Shown here: one piece after another, positions 39,796-51,363 of the stretch | Layout of the letters: each line of letters begins with the position of its first letter | Numbering within the stretch: position 1 is the stretch's first letter | Assembly: GCA_963575745.1 (NCBI GenBank) | Contig: CAUYUJ010000013.1 | Location: 1 to 64,000 of the forward strand | Source of the DNA: Prorocentrum cordatum | Lineage: Eukaryota | Direction: 5' to 3' | DNA: 64,000 bases | The notes under the pieces: generated by a model | Database searches by the model: none | What the model was told of the DNA's origin: nothing | The model's input: only the letters and a program-made list of their open reading frames with translations | Made by a program: the position numbers and the translations under genes

Positions 39796-39839
39796 TACAC
39801 CAGGGAAAAAATCCAATCAGTGGATGGTTTGAAATTGTA

Positions 39840-40718
39840 AGATCGATAGTGAGACCGATAGTGGGATGAAAAATAAGGACGGTAAAGAGTAAGGTCGATT
39901 GTGAGACCGATCGTGAAGTCGACTCACTGAGATCGATCGTGAGGTCGATCGTGAGATCGCTCGTGCGATCTATAGTTCCCCAATCAGTGCTTGCACTGAA
40001 GGGGTCCTAGCGGATATCGAAATATTTGGCGAACATTCAGGGTCAATTTCGGTAGGAGGCCGGGTTCCCAGGTCCGGGTTCCGAATTCCCAGGTTCCCCG
40101 TTTCTGGTTCCGGGCCGATTTCGATGGGCGGCGGAGTTTGGTGGGCGGCGGGGTTCTCGGGGTTTCACTATCGATACCACCATCCATCTCACTATCGATC
40201 TCACTATCGATCCCGGTACCGATCTCACTACCGATGTCACTCACATTATCTCGTTGCCAATCTATCGATCTCACGAGCGATCTTACTTTCGATCTCATCT
40301 AATGGATCTCAGTATCGATCGCACTATCGATGTCACTATCGCTAGCCTGACAATGCATAGCATCAAACACAGCACGGGACACACGCGCGCCACGGGACAT
40401 CACGAGACACTACGGGACACCATCGGGACTCTTTCGGGACACCAATGGGACACCATCGGGACACCATCGGGACACCATCGGGACACCACAGGGCCACTGC
40501 TGGCCAACACGGGGGACAGCAACGTTTGGATCGGTTTCGCCCCGGCAACGGAGAGTTCATTCCTCTCGCCCGCCCACGCAGCTTCGCTTCGCCCGCACGC
40601 GCGACACGAACGCGCATCCGAAACCAATATCCTAGTGGGGGGGTCTCCATTTCGCTGCGATGTCACCCCCACCCTCCGATATGTAGAAAGAGAGGGTGAG
40701 AAAGAGAGAGAGAGAGAG

Positions 40719-40749
<31 letters not shown>

Positions 40750-41870
40750 AAAAAAAAAAGATGAAGATCGAGAGAACAAATCAACGATGGTAAATAAATA
40801 ATGAGGTAGGCGGAAGAGAGAGAGAGAGAGAGAGATGAGCTGCTTGTAGATACGTATATATTATGTGTGTGCATGTATATATATATGTAAATGTATACAT
40901 ATGTACATATAAAGATATACACGCATGTATGCACCGGGAGATATAGGGAGTAATACATATATATAGAGAGAGAGAGAGAAAGAGAGAGATAGAGAAAGAG
41001 AGAGAGAGAGAGATAGAGCGAGAGAGAGAGAGAAAGAGAAAGAGAGAGAGAGAGAAGAACATATAATTTCCCAATCAATGCTTGCACTGAAGAGGTCTTA
41101 GCGGAGATTCCCCAATCAGTGCTTGCACTGAAGGGTTCCTAGTGGATATCAAAAAAATTGTCGAAAATTCAAAGCCGATTTCGGTAGGCGGCGGGGTTCC
41201 CGGGCTATTTCTGGTTCCGGGCTGATTTCGGTGGGCGGCGGGGTACGGTGGGCGGCGGGGTTTCCAGGGTTCCAATTGTTGGGTCCTGGGTTCCTGGGTC
41301 CCCCGTCGATCTCACCATCGATCTCATTATCGATCTCACCATCCATCTCATTCAATCGATCCCACTATCGATCTCACTACCGACCTCACTCTCGATATCA
41401 CGATCGATCCCACTATCGATCTCACTGTCGATCACACTATTCATATCTCCAATCTCACGATCGATCTCACGAACGATCGCGCGATCGATCTCACGATCGC
41501 TCTCACTATCGGGTACAATCGGTCTCACTATCGATGTCGTCATCGATGTCACTATCGATCTCACGATCGATATCACTATTAATCTCCCTATCGGCCTCAC
41601 GATCGATCTAACTCAATGGATACCACTATCGAACACACGAACGATCCATCGATCGATTTCACTATCGATACCACATAATCGATATCACCATCCATCTCAC
41701 TATCGATCTCACTATCGATCCTGGTACCGATCTCACTATCGATCTCACTCAATCGACCTCACTACCAATCTCACTATCGACCTCACTATCGATGTCACGA
41801 TCGATCTCACTTTCGATCTCATTTGATGGATCTCAATATCGATCGCACTATCGATCTCACTATCGCTAGC
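39840..41870. repeat. region rich in degenerate 12-bp (ACTATCGATCTC)n minisatellite, (GA)n/(TA)n tracts and CCCAATCAGTGCTTGCACTGAAG element ends
   Basis: Direct reading. Element ends at ~39979, 41069 and 41110. Confidence 0.85.
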
Positions 41871-42221
41871 CTGACAACGCATAGCATCAAGCATAGCACG
41901 GGACACCCGCGCGCCACAGGACATCACGGGACACCACGGGACACCATCGGGACTCTTCCGCGACACCAACGGGACACCATCGGGACACCACAGGGCCACT
42001 GCTGGCCAACACGGGGGACAGCAACGTTTGGTTCGGCTTCGCCCCGGCAACGAAGAGTTCATTCCTCTCGCCCGCCCACGCAGCTTCGCTTCGCCCGCAC
42101 GCGCGACACGAACGTGCATCCGAAACCAATGTCCCAGTGGGGGGTCTCCATTTCGCTGCGATGTCACCCCCCAACCTCCGATATGTGTAAAGAGAGGGTG
42201 AGAGAGAGAGAGAGAGAAAAA

Positions 42222-42256
<35 letters not shown>

Positions 42257-42396
42257 ACCAAATAACGATGGTAAATAAGCAATGAGGGAGGTCGAGTAGA
42301 GAGAGAGAGAGAGAGAAACACCTAGATAAACTGCGTGTAGTACGTATATGTATACTTCTAAGTGTATATATACACATATTCCTCTTCCTATATCTT

Positions 42397-43340
42397 TATA
42401 AGCCCGGGCGGGGGGAAAACCCATCCCCCCCCACCCCCCAAAACCGGACTCCCAGGACCTGGGGCTTTGGGGCCCTCCGGACGGGCCTCGAAGCGGCCAC
42501 CAGGCCTCGCAAGGCGTTTTGCCAAGCCTTCCCAGCACACTTAGGGCGATCAGGGGGGTCATCGGAGACGTCCCAGAGACCCCCAAGACAGCACAAGAGC
42601 GCTCCAAGAGTGACCGACGTGACCTCAAGATGGCCCAAGAGGCCTCCAGGACGGCCCCAAAGAGGCCTCCAAGAGCACTCCCAAGAAGGCCCCCCGAGGC
42701 AAAAATCATTGATTTTCTGATGGTTTTTGGTGAATTTTGGGGTTCTCCTCTTTTCGGCTTCCCGACGCTCCAAGACGGCGGTCTTCTGGGCGTCCGAAGC
42801 CGCCTGGGAGGCTCCCAAATCGCCCCACAACCATCCGAAAGGGCTTCCAGGCAGTCCAAGAGAGCCCCAAAACGGCACAACACGGGTCCAAGATGGCCCT
42901 CAGAGAGCCCCATGGCGGCCCAAGATGGCCCAAAGACACCCTCCGAAGAATTCCAAATCGTGATTCGGTCGTTCAGGGAGACGGCGGTTGGAGGCAGGGT
43001 GGCCCGAGGAAGCCCCCGGCGGCCCCCAGAATACGCCCAGGAGGCCTCCAGAAGGCCTTAAGAAAGCCCGAAACAACTTTTGTGAGGCCCCTAGAGGCTC
43101 TCCAAGGAGGAGCTTCCGCAAAAAAGAGCTGAGGAGGATGTGGAGAATGCGCAGGGTATGGCGAAAATAAGGAACAATGAGCATGGAGGAAGGATAACGA
43201 ATAACATCGTTATAGCGGCGATGCCGGAAAAGGCAACCAGGAGTTATCGCTAAATTGTCGGCTTGACCTTCCTGCCATTCCGCCTGCAAACCAAAGTTCA
43301 AGGACCAAGGTGCATGGCGCGAAGCGCCACTGCAGTCTTG
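42397..43340 (+). mobile_element. non-autonomous Helitron-like element inserted in a duplicated block
   Basis: 3' hairpin TGGCGC-GAA-GCGCCA (43315-43329), then CTTG|T. It interrupts sequence that is continuous in the sister block at ~40850-41100. Confidence 0.6.
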
Positions 43341-43384
43341 TGTGTATATATATGCACCAGGAAATATAGGAGTAACACATACAT

Positions 43385-43419
<35 letters not shown>

Positions 43420-43499
43420 TCAAAGAAAAAGAAAGCGAGAGGGAGAGAGAAAATAGAGAAAGAGAGAGAGAGAGAGAAAGGGAGAGAGAGGAACATATA

Positions 43500-44064
43500 A
43501 TTCCCCAATCAGTAGTTGCACTGAAGACGTCCGAGCGGAGATTGAAATATTTGGCGAGAATGCCAGGCCGATTTCGGTGGGCGGCCGGGTTCCTGGGTTC
43601 ATGGTTCCGCATTCCAGACCGAATTCGGTGGGCGTCGGGGTTGCCGGGTTCTTGGTCGATCTTCTTATCGATCGGTCTCACCATCGATCTCAGTACCCAC
43701 TTCTCTATCGATCTCACAGTCGATCGCACAGTCGATCTCACTATCGATCTCACAATCGATCTCACTATCCACAAATAAGGGTTTTTGTCCGGTGTAATGG
43801 GACCGATTGTGAGATCAATAGAGGTGGGCACGGGGATCGATGGTGAGACCGATCGATACAAAGAGATCGACCAAAAACATCGGAATCGGGAAACCCAAGA
43901 ACCCCGCCGCCCACTGAAATCGGTCCAAAACCAGCAACCGGAAACCCAAGAACCCGGAACCGGGAACCCAGTACCCCGGCCGCCTACCGAAATCGACCAA
44001 GCACTTTCGCCAAATCCTTCAATCTCCGCTAGGATCCCTTCAGTGCAAGCACTGATTGGGGAAT
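43500..44064. mobile_element. 565-bp foldback/MITE with long imperfect TIRs, TA-flanked
   Basis: ATTCCCCAATCAGT..TTGCACTGAAG...AGCGGAGATTGAA..ATTTGGCGA...GATTTCGGT.GGCGGCCGGG occurs at 43500 and inverted ending at 44064. TA on both sides. Confidence 0.8.
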
Positions 44065-44178
44065 TACCGAGAAGGGCATACATACATACATACATACATA
44101 CATACATACATACATACATACACAAACAAACTGACATACATACATACATGCATCCATGCAAGCATGCATCCATACATG

Positions 44179-44221
<43 letters not shown>

Positions 44222-44323
44222 GCGTACATGTATGTATAACTATGAACACACATGGAACTCACACATGAACAGAAATAAACACACAAGAAAGTTTATATGT
44301 ATATGGGTGTATACATATATGTA

Positions 44324-44353
44324 CTAGATCCATCGCGCGCGCTTCGCACATGC
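44324..44353 (-). mobile_element. canonical Helitron 3' terminus
   Basis: Minus strand reads GCATGTGC-GAA-GCGCGCGC (decayed hairpin), GATGGAT, CTAG, then T. The 5' end was not identified. Confidence 0.6.
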
Positions 44354-45825
44354 TCAAGTTCTAGCTAAGGTCATGATGCTCGTCATCATTGTCATCCTCA
44401 TCCCCGTCATCTTCATTGTCATCGAAATGGTCATGGTCACCTTCACCATCACATCAATCCTCCTCCTACTGCTCCTCCTCCTCCTCCTCCTCCTCCTTGT
44501 CCTCCTCCTTGTCCTCCTCCTTGGCCTCCTCCTCCTTCTCCTCCTCCTCCACCTCCACCTCCTCCTCCTCCTCCTCCTCCTCCTCCTCCTCCTCCTCCTC
44601 CTCCTCCTCCTCCTCCTCCTCCTCCTCCTTTCTCTCAACGCACCCAATACACGCGTGCATACTGGAACGCGTGCCGGGAGCCTTTTTGAAAGCATTGTGG
44701 AAGTCTCTGGAGCCTCTCCAGGCCTTCCTTTGGAGTCCTTTGGGGCCTTTGTTGGCGTTCCGGGTCCCTCCTGGCTCGTCGTGGGGAGCTCCCTCCTGGA
44801 GCCCTCCCCGACCATGTAGGAATCCCCTGGTGGCCCCCTCGGGCTTCCTGGGGGCTCTCTCGGGCCGTGTTGTAGCTCTTCTGTGCCGCTTGAAGCTCTC
44901 TTCAGCCCATCTTGGAACCCTCGTTGGGGCCTCTGGGGCCGTCTGGGGCCCATTTTGGTAACCTGTTGGGCCGTCGCGACCGCTGGTAGAACTGAAAAGC
45001 GAAACTCCCAGAAATATACCTTTTTCCATTGGAATCCCACCAGCCCTCTTGGCTTAGGTGGTATAACGCGTTGTTTCTTCTCTCTTCCACTGAAGCCCCT
45101 CCACCTACCCCCTCCCCTGGGGCAGGAAGGGGGGGTACCGAGGCGTTAGAGCGTCCAAGATGGCCCAAGATTGCTCCAAGAGGGCTTCGAAGTCGCAAGA
45201 TGGCCTCCAAAATGGCCCATGCTACTTCAAGATGGGTCAAGATATCAAGCCATCTCGGGCCCTCTGGGGCCTCGATGAGGCTGTCCTGCGGCTCAATAGG
45301 GAGCCCCGGGAGCCGGGGAGTAATGTTCCCGGACAGGCTTCCAGGAACATGATTTCGAACGGGGCCCTCTTGGGCCTCCATGAGGCTGTCTTGGGGGCCT
45401 CCTGGGCCAGCTTCGGGGCCTCTTGGGCCGTCTTGGGGGGGTTCGTGAGCCCCACAGGCCGACCCTTTTGGGCCGTCTGGGGCCCTCTTGGATCTCTCTT
45501 GGGCTGTGCTGGGGCGCCGCGGGGCCGTCTGGGGCACTGTCAAGACGAAGCCAGCGAGTATGCCGAAAACGCACGTTTTACAAAGGAAATGGGCCGATTG
45601 TTACCTCTTGAAGGCCCTCTTGGGGCCCTCACGGGCCCTCTTGTGGCGCTCTTGGGCGTCTTCGGGGCCTCTTCAGGCTTTCGTGACCATCTGTACGGCC
45701 CGCGGGCCTGTCGTGGGCAATTTGGAAGCGGCCCGGGGCAGACCCGGGGGGTCTGTGACACCCCGAAGGTTCGGGGGGGCCCCATGGGGGATGACGGCAA
45801 CGATTTTGGCCCCCCGCCGGGCCTA

Positions 45826-45879
<54 letters not shown>

Positions 45880-48010
45880 TACACACACACGCAAAGAGTG
45901 CGCATGCACGAAGCGTCGCTCATATATTTGTCGCTGCCGCAGTCTACTGGGCGCCCTGTGCGCCGGCCCGCGCGACGCGGGCCCACTGCCCGAGGCGGCC
46001 AACGACTGCGCCATCAGCCCAGTGAGCGGGCTTGCAGGCGAGGGCGCGCGAGCGGCCTTTATGCCGCGCCCCCTTCCAAAGCGTTCTGTCTCGCAAGTCG
46101 AGCGCGCGGGCCGTCGCAGCCGTCGGCGGGCGGAACTGCGCGGGATTGGACTGGATCGCCCGCCGACGTTCGTGGCCTGCGCGCCACTCGCGCGCCCCGC
46201 ACAAGCGCGCCAGCTGTAAGCGAGATCAGAAAATGGCCCCGCAAATGGCGCACGTACTGGACGAAAACGCGCGGAAACGTTGGAGCGCGCGCACGTTGCG
46301 CTGCATCCGGGCGCGGCTCTTCTGTCTCCCCGCGCCGAGGGCGCCCTGTCATTCCAGGCGCGCAAAAGGACGCGCTGAATTAGCGCGGTCTGCGGCGGGG
46401 CCCTCGCCCAAGACGGTCTCGAAGTGGGGGGTGGACACAACTTGGCGCCGAACCCCGGGACGCTGCGCAACGCAAGCAAGCCGCGCGTCGGCCGCCGCGT
46501 CTGGAAGCCCCAGCCGGGCGCGCCGCGACACCTGCGAGGTCCACCCGTGGGGGCGCGCGCCCGTGATCGCACTGAGATAGCAAAACCACTACGGAATAAT
46601 GACCTTCACGGAGAACGCGCCCCACGTACCGCACGCGCGCCCGGGCGACGAGGCAGCCCATGCCAGGGCGGCGACGGCGGCCTCGGAACTCCGCGCGAGG
46701 AGAGGCGAGGCCACGCCGCGGCCCCCCGCGCGCACCCCAGACGGCGCGCACGCACGGGCCATTCAACGCGCGAAGGTAAGCCGCAAAACCTCGGCGCGGA
46801 CGCCAAACAGCTCGGCGCGTCGCGCCGCGACGACGGGCGCGGCGCTCGACCCTGGCCGCGCGCGACGGCGCCCCAAGCCGACCGCGGCTCGGGCGCTATC
46901 CTGCGTTGCCGGCATAGCCGCGCGCCCAACGCGAAAACCCCGAGCTGAACGGCCACCGAGGGGGCGGCGGGCGGGCAAAAGCCGCGCCGCGGGTGCCCCT
47001 CGCCGAGCGCGGCGGGACACCCACCCAGCCGAGTGCGCGCGGCGCCCCTCCAAAACCTGGGCGGCGCACGCGCCCCCTCGCGCGCTCGCCCGCGCGAGCA
47101 GGGCGGACTGCTCGACACCTCGCGCCCAACGCTCGGACCCGCGCCCCCCAGCGCCGCCGCGCGCTGCGCGGCGCCCCACCCCCCCCCCCCCCCCCCCTCG
47201 CCCGAGCATGGGGGCTGGGGCGGGGCCCGCTCCACTTCTTCGCGACCGCGATCAACGTTGCACGACGATCGCCCAACGCAAAACCTTGGCGCGGTCGCCA
47301 GACGGCTCGGCGCGTCGCCTCGCGACGACGGGCGCGGCGCCCGGCCCCGGCCGCGCGCGGCGGCGCCCGAGCCGGCCTCGGCTCGGGCGCTAGCCTGCGT
47401 CGCCGGCCTAGCCGAGCGCCCAATGTGAACGCCCGCTGCCGCGGAGCGCCGGGCACTCGGCGGGAGGCCCAATCGCGCGCGCCAAGGCCCAAGGCCGCGC
47501 GGGAGCGCTAGCGCGCGCGCTGCGCCAAGCATGAGGCCCAGTCGCTTTTCCTCGCGCGTCGCTGTCGGTAGAGCAACTGCCCCCAGCCTCGAGAGTAGCG
47601 CCCCGCTCGAGAGACTCAACGGGCAGACGCTCCCAAAAGGCAGCGCCCCACCAACCGCCCGCGCAAATAATCTCGGCCAGGCCGGCCCCGCGCTCGACTG
47701 CGTCGAGCGCATGCCAGCGACGAATCGCCAGGGCGTCAAACTCCCAGGGGGCGCTCTGCGCCCGTCGCCCTGACCGCAGTCCAGATGGCGGCCGAGGACA
47801 CGCACGTCGCACGCGCGGAGCTGCGGCCACCAATCAGCCAAGGACGCGCGCCTCACGCGCGCGGAGTTGCGGCGGCCAGTGGGCCAAGGACACGCGCCTC
47901 ACGCGCGCGGAGTTGCGGCGGCCAGTGGGCCAAGGACACACACCTCGCACGCGCGGAGTCGCGGCCACCAGTGAGCCCAGGACGCACGCCTCACACGTGC
48001 AGACTTGCGG

Positions 48011-48760
48011 TCACCAATGAGCGCACCTCTCCGGCTGGCTGGCAAGATAGTCCGCATTCGACCCATCCACCGCCTCAAAGGCCACCTCAATGAACTCGGT
48101 GTTGCTCGGGGCGTTGATCTCCTCCTCGAGCTCGGATGCAGCCCAGGCTACCAGGTCGAATTTGTCCCAGTCCAGCTGGTCCCAGTCGGCCGCCTTGTCG
48201 TTCGTGAACACCCTGCAGCTTCGCAAGATCGGTCCGAGGTTCGTCTCCGACCAGAGCCTCCTCTTCATCTTCTCGAACAGGTTGGTCTTGATGTGTCCAT
48301 TACCTTTTTCGGTTTTCGGCTTCGTGTTGAGGTCAACGGTCGATCCTTGCTGTCTCTCCTCCTCCGCCCCTTTGACGTCCTCCATCAGGTCTAGGTCGTC
48401 CTCGTCGTTGAGGGCCCCCTGCGGGCTGATGTTCGCGTTGGTCTACGTGGCCTTCACCTCCGTCTGCTGTGCCTCAGGTTGCCCTTCAGGTACTGCAGGT
48501 GCAGCTCCTTCTGGCACTTTTCTTTGCTTGGTTCATGCTATTGCTCGCGTTGATCGTGGTGTTGGTCGTGCTGCTGGCGGTCCCGCTGGTGCCCGTGCTA
48601 GCGGTCGTGATGATTTTCGTGCCCGTGGTAGCGCTGGTGGTTGTGCTGGCCATGGCGGTCCTGGCAACGCCCCCCCAGCCAGTTTAGACGGGCTGCTCTC
48701 GAGTTGTCCTGCTGTGCTGCAAATGCTGGTCGTCGCGCTGTTGGTCGTGCGCGCCGGTCG
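48011..48760 (-). pseudogene. coding-like degenerate ORF fragment, unknown (possibly TE-derived)
   Basis: Natural-looking translation (NLFEKMKRRLWSETNLGPIL...DWDQLDWDKFDLVAWAASELEEE) with upstream in-frame stops. No recognised motif. Confidence 0.3.
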
Positions 48761-49469
48761 CTGACAGTAGGTACTTCTGGAACCCCAGATCCCAGTCTAT
48801 TTCAAGCGCCTTCCTATTTCAAGAATCGATATGATCATGCTTGTTTAAAGTATTGTCTGGGAGTGCCTGGCCCCTATCTAGTTTATCCGCCTTCCTACTT
48901 CATGTTTCATATATTCTTCCGACCGACGTGTGCTGCTGGCGGCCGTGCTGGTGCCCTCACCGTGATTTTAAACGATGGGCTCCGGTCGGCTTGGTCCTTC
49001 GGGGGGTCGTGGTCTGGATCGGGTTGGTGGATGCTAGATGGCGGTCGGGTTGGTGATGGCCGTTTCTGTTGGTCGTGCTGGTGTTCGTTATCTTGGTCGC
49101 GTTGGTGGTCGTACTGATTATTTGCGATGGTGACCGCGACTCCTGGCAGCCACCCCCTGCCATTGTGCACGATCGAATACGCTCGACCTGGCTTGTGTTG
49201 GCGGTCATGCAAGTGCATTTGCGGGCGGTCGCGTTGATGGTTCTTGCTGCTGATCGTGCACTTGGCCGTCCTGGCGCGTCCTAGCGGTAGTCGTGTTGAT
49301 GGTCGCACTGATGGTCCTGCTGTTGGTCGTGATGGTGGGTTTGTTCGCGTGGTCTTTATATGTTAAACACGTGGTTTGCATGTGAGAAACGTCTGGTTGT
49401 CCCATGACAGGCGCATGGTCTGCAACACTGAAGCGTACAGCTTGCTTCTGCGATGAGCGAAGCGACAGA

Positions 49470-50792
49470 ATTATCTTGGCAAAGGACCCAATCATATGCA
49501 ACTTGCGAATACCGCAAATGTGATTATTTCCTCCGGTGGAGCTCCCTAGCTGCATGCAAACGCAGCCGCTGGGGCCTTTGGTGGAGCTCCCTACGGGGCC
49601 CAGAAGCGCATGGCGGGTGTGCCGAAATGGGGGTGGAACCGCATGCGAAAGCAGCCGCTGGGGCCTTCGGTGGAGCTCCCGATGGAGCCACGAGACGCGT
49701 GAGAGGTGTGCCGAAAGGGCGGTGGGACCGCATGCGAACGCAGCCACTGGGGCCTTCGGTGGAGCTCCCCATGGGGCCACGACACGTGCGAGGGGTGTGC
49801 CGAAATGGCGGTGGAACCGCATGCGAACGCAACCGCTGGAGCCTTCGGTGTGCCCAAATGGCGGTGGAACCGCGTGTGAACGCAGCCACTGGTGCCTTCG
49901 GCGGAACTCCCCATGGTGCCACAAAACGTGTGATGGGTGTGCCGAAATGGGGGCGAAATCGCATACGAAGGTAGCCATTGGTGCCTTCGGTGGAGCTCCC
50001 TATGGGGCCACGAAACGCGTGGCGGGTGTGCCGAAATGGGGGTGGAACCGCATGCGAACGCAGCCACTGGGGCCTTCGGTGAAGCTCCCTGTGGGGCCAC
50101 AAAATGTGTGAGGGGTGTGCCGACATGGCGGTGGAACCGTATGCGAACGCAACAACTTGGGCCTTCGGAAGAGCTCCCTATGGGGCCACGAGACGTGCGA
50201 GGGGTGTGCCGAAATTGAGGCGGAACCGTATGCGAACGCAGCCGCCACAAAACGTGTAAGGGGTGTGCCCACATGGAAGTGAAACCGCATGCGAACGCAA
50301 CCACTGGGGTCTTCGGTGGAGCTCCCTATGAGGCCACGAAACGCGTGGCGGGTGTGCCGAAATGGGGGCGGAATCACATACGAACGCAGCCACTGGGGCC
50401 TTCGGTGGAACACCCTATGAAGCCACGAAACGTGTGAGGGGTGTGCCGAAATGGCGGTGGAATCACATGCGAACGCAACCACTGGGGCCTTCGGTGGAGC
50501 TCCCTATGGGGCCACGAAACGTGTGAGGGGTGTGCCGAAATGGCGGTGGAACCGCGTGCGAACAAAGCAACTGGTGCCTTCGGTGGAGCTCCCTTTGGGG
50601 CTACGAAACGTGTGAGGGGTGTGCCGAAATAGCGGTGGAATCACATGCAAACGCAACCGCTGAGGCCTTCGGTGGAGCTCCCTATGAGGCCACAAAACGT
50701 GTGAGGGGTGTGCCGACATGGGGGTGGAACCGCATGCGAACAAAGCTACTGGAGTTTTCGATGGAGCTCCCTGTGGGGCCACGAAACGTGTG
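49470..50792 (-). mobile_element. HINE-like element end plus ~89-bp satellite array (same core as 101-bp family)
   Basis: End TTATCTTGGCAAAGGACCCAATCATATGC matches 37151. Unit core GGGCCTTCGGTGGAGCTCCCTATGGGGCCACGAAAC. Confidence 0.7.
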
Positions 50793-51136
50793 AGGAGGAA
50801 GAGGAGGAGAGGACGGGAAGAATGATGAGGAGGAGGAGGAGAAGGAGGAGGAGGAGGAGGGCCAGTGTAAACCCAAGAGTCATCAACGATGTTGGAATAA
50901 ACCCTCCCTCCAAACTCCCTCTTCACAAGCCCCTACACGGGTTCATTTCCACTGAAAGAACTGCCTCGTTGGAAGACAACCGTTTGAAGAACCGGAAGCA
51001 TGGCAATTGTTCCCGGGATTCCAACGCCACGGATCAACCTGACTGTTGCGTCTTGACGATTCTGAATCGTGCCAGAACGCCACTCCTGGGACTTCAGCAC
51101 CACGAATCAACGAAAATGCTGCACCCTCAGAATCAT

Positions 51137-51235
51137 TGATTAGATGGTTTTGAACCAACACGACTGCGGAGCGAACCCCCGCATCACAATCTATCACAGT
51201 TCCTTTCCAAGGGATATGTACTATGCACTGATACA
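51137..51235 (-). repeat. 3' LTR (99 bp)
   Basis: TGATTAGATGG...CACTGATACA, direct repeat of 57574-57672. Confidence 0.97.
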
Positions 51236-51244
51236 CTCCTCCTC
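51236..51244 (-). other. polypurine tract GAGGAGGAG
   Basis: Purine run abutting the 3' LTR on the element strand. Confidence 0.8.
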
Positions 51245-51363
51245 GGCCAGTCGCTCCTTGCGGCGCCGCCGATACACCAGTGCACCAAGCTGAAATCAGG
51301 CGTCCTCGCGCCTATACACACAGTTATAATACTCTCTAGGCCGGCCACCGGCCCAAGTCGTGA

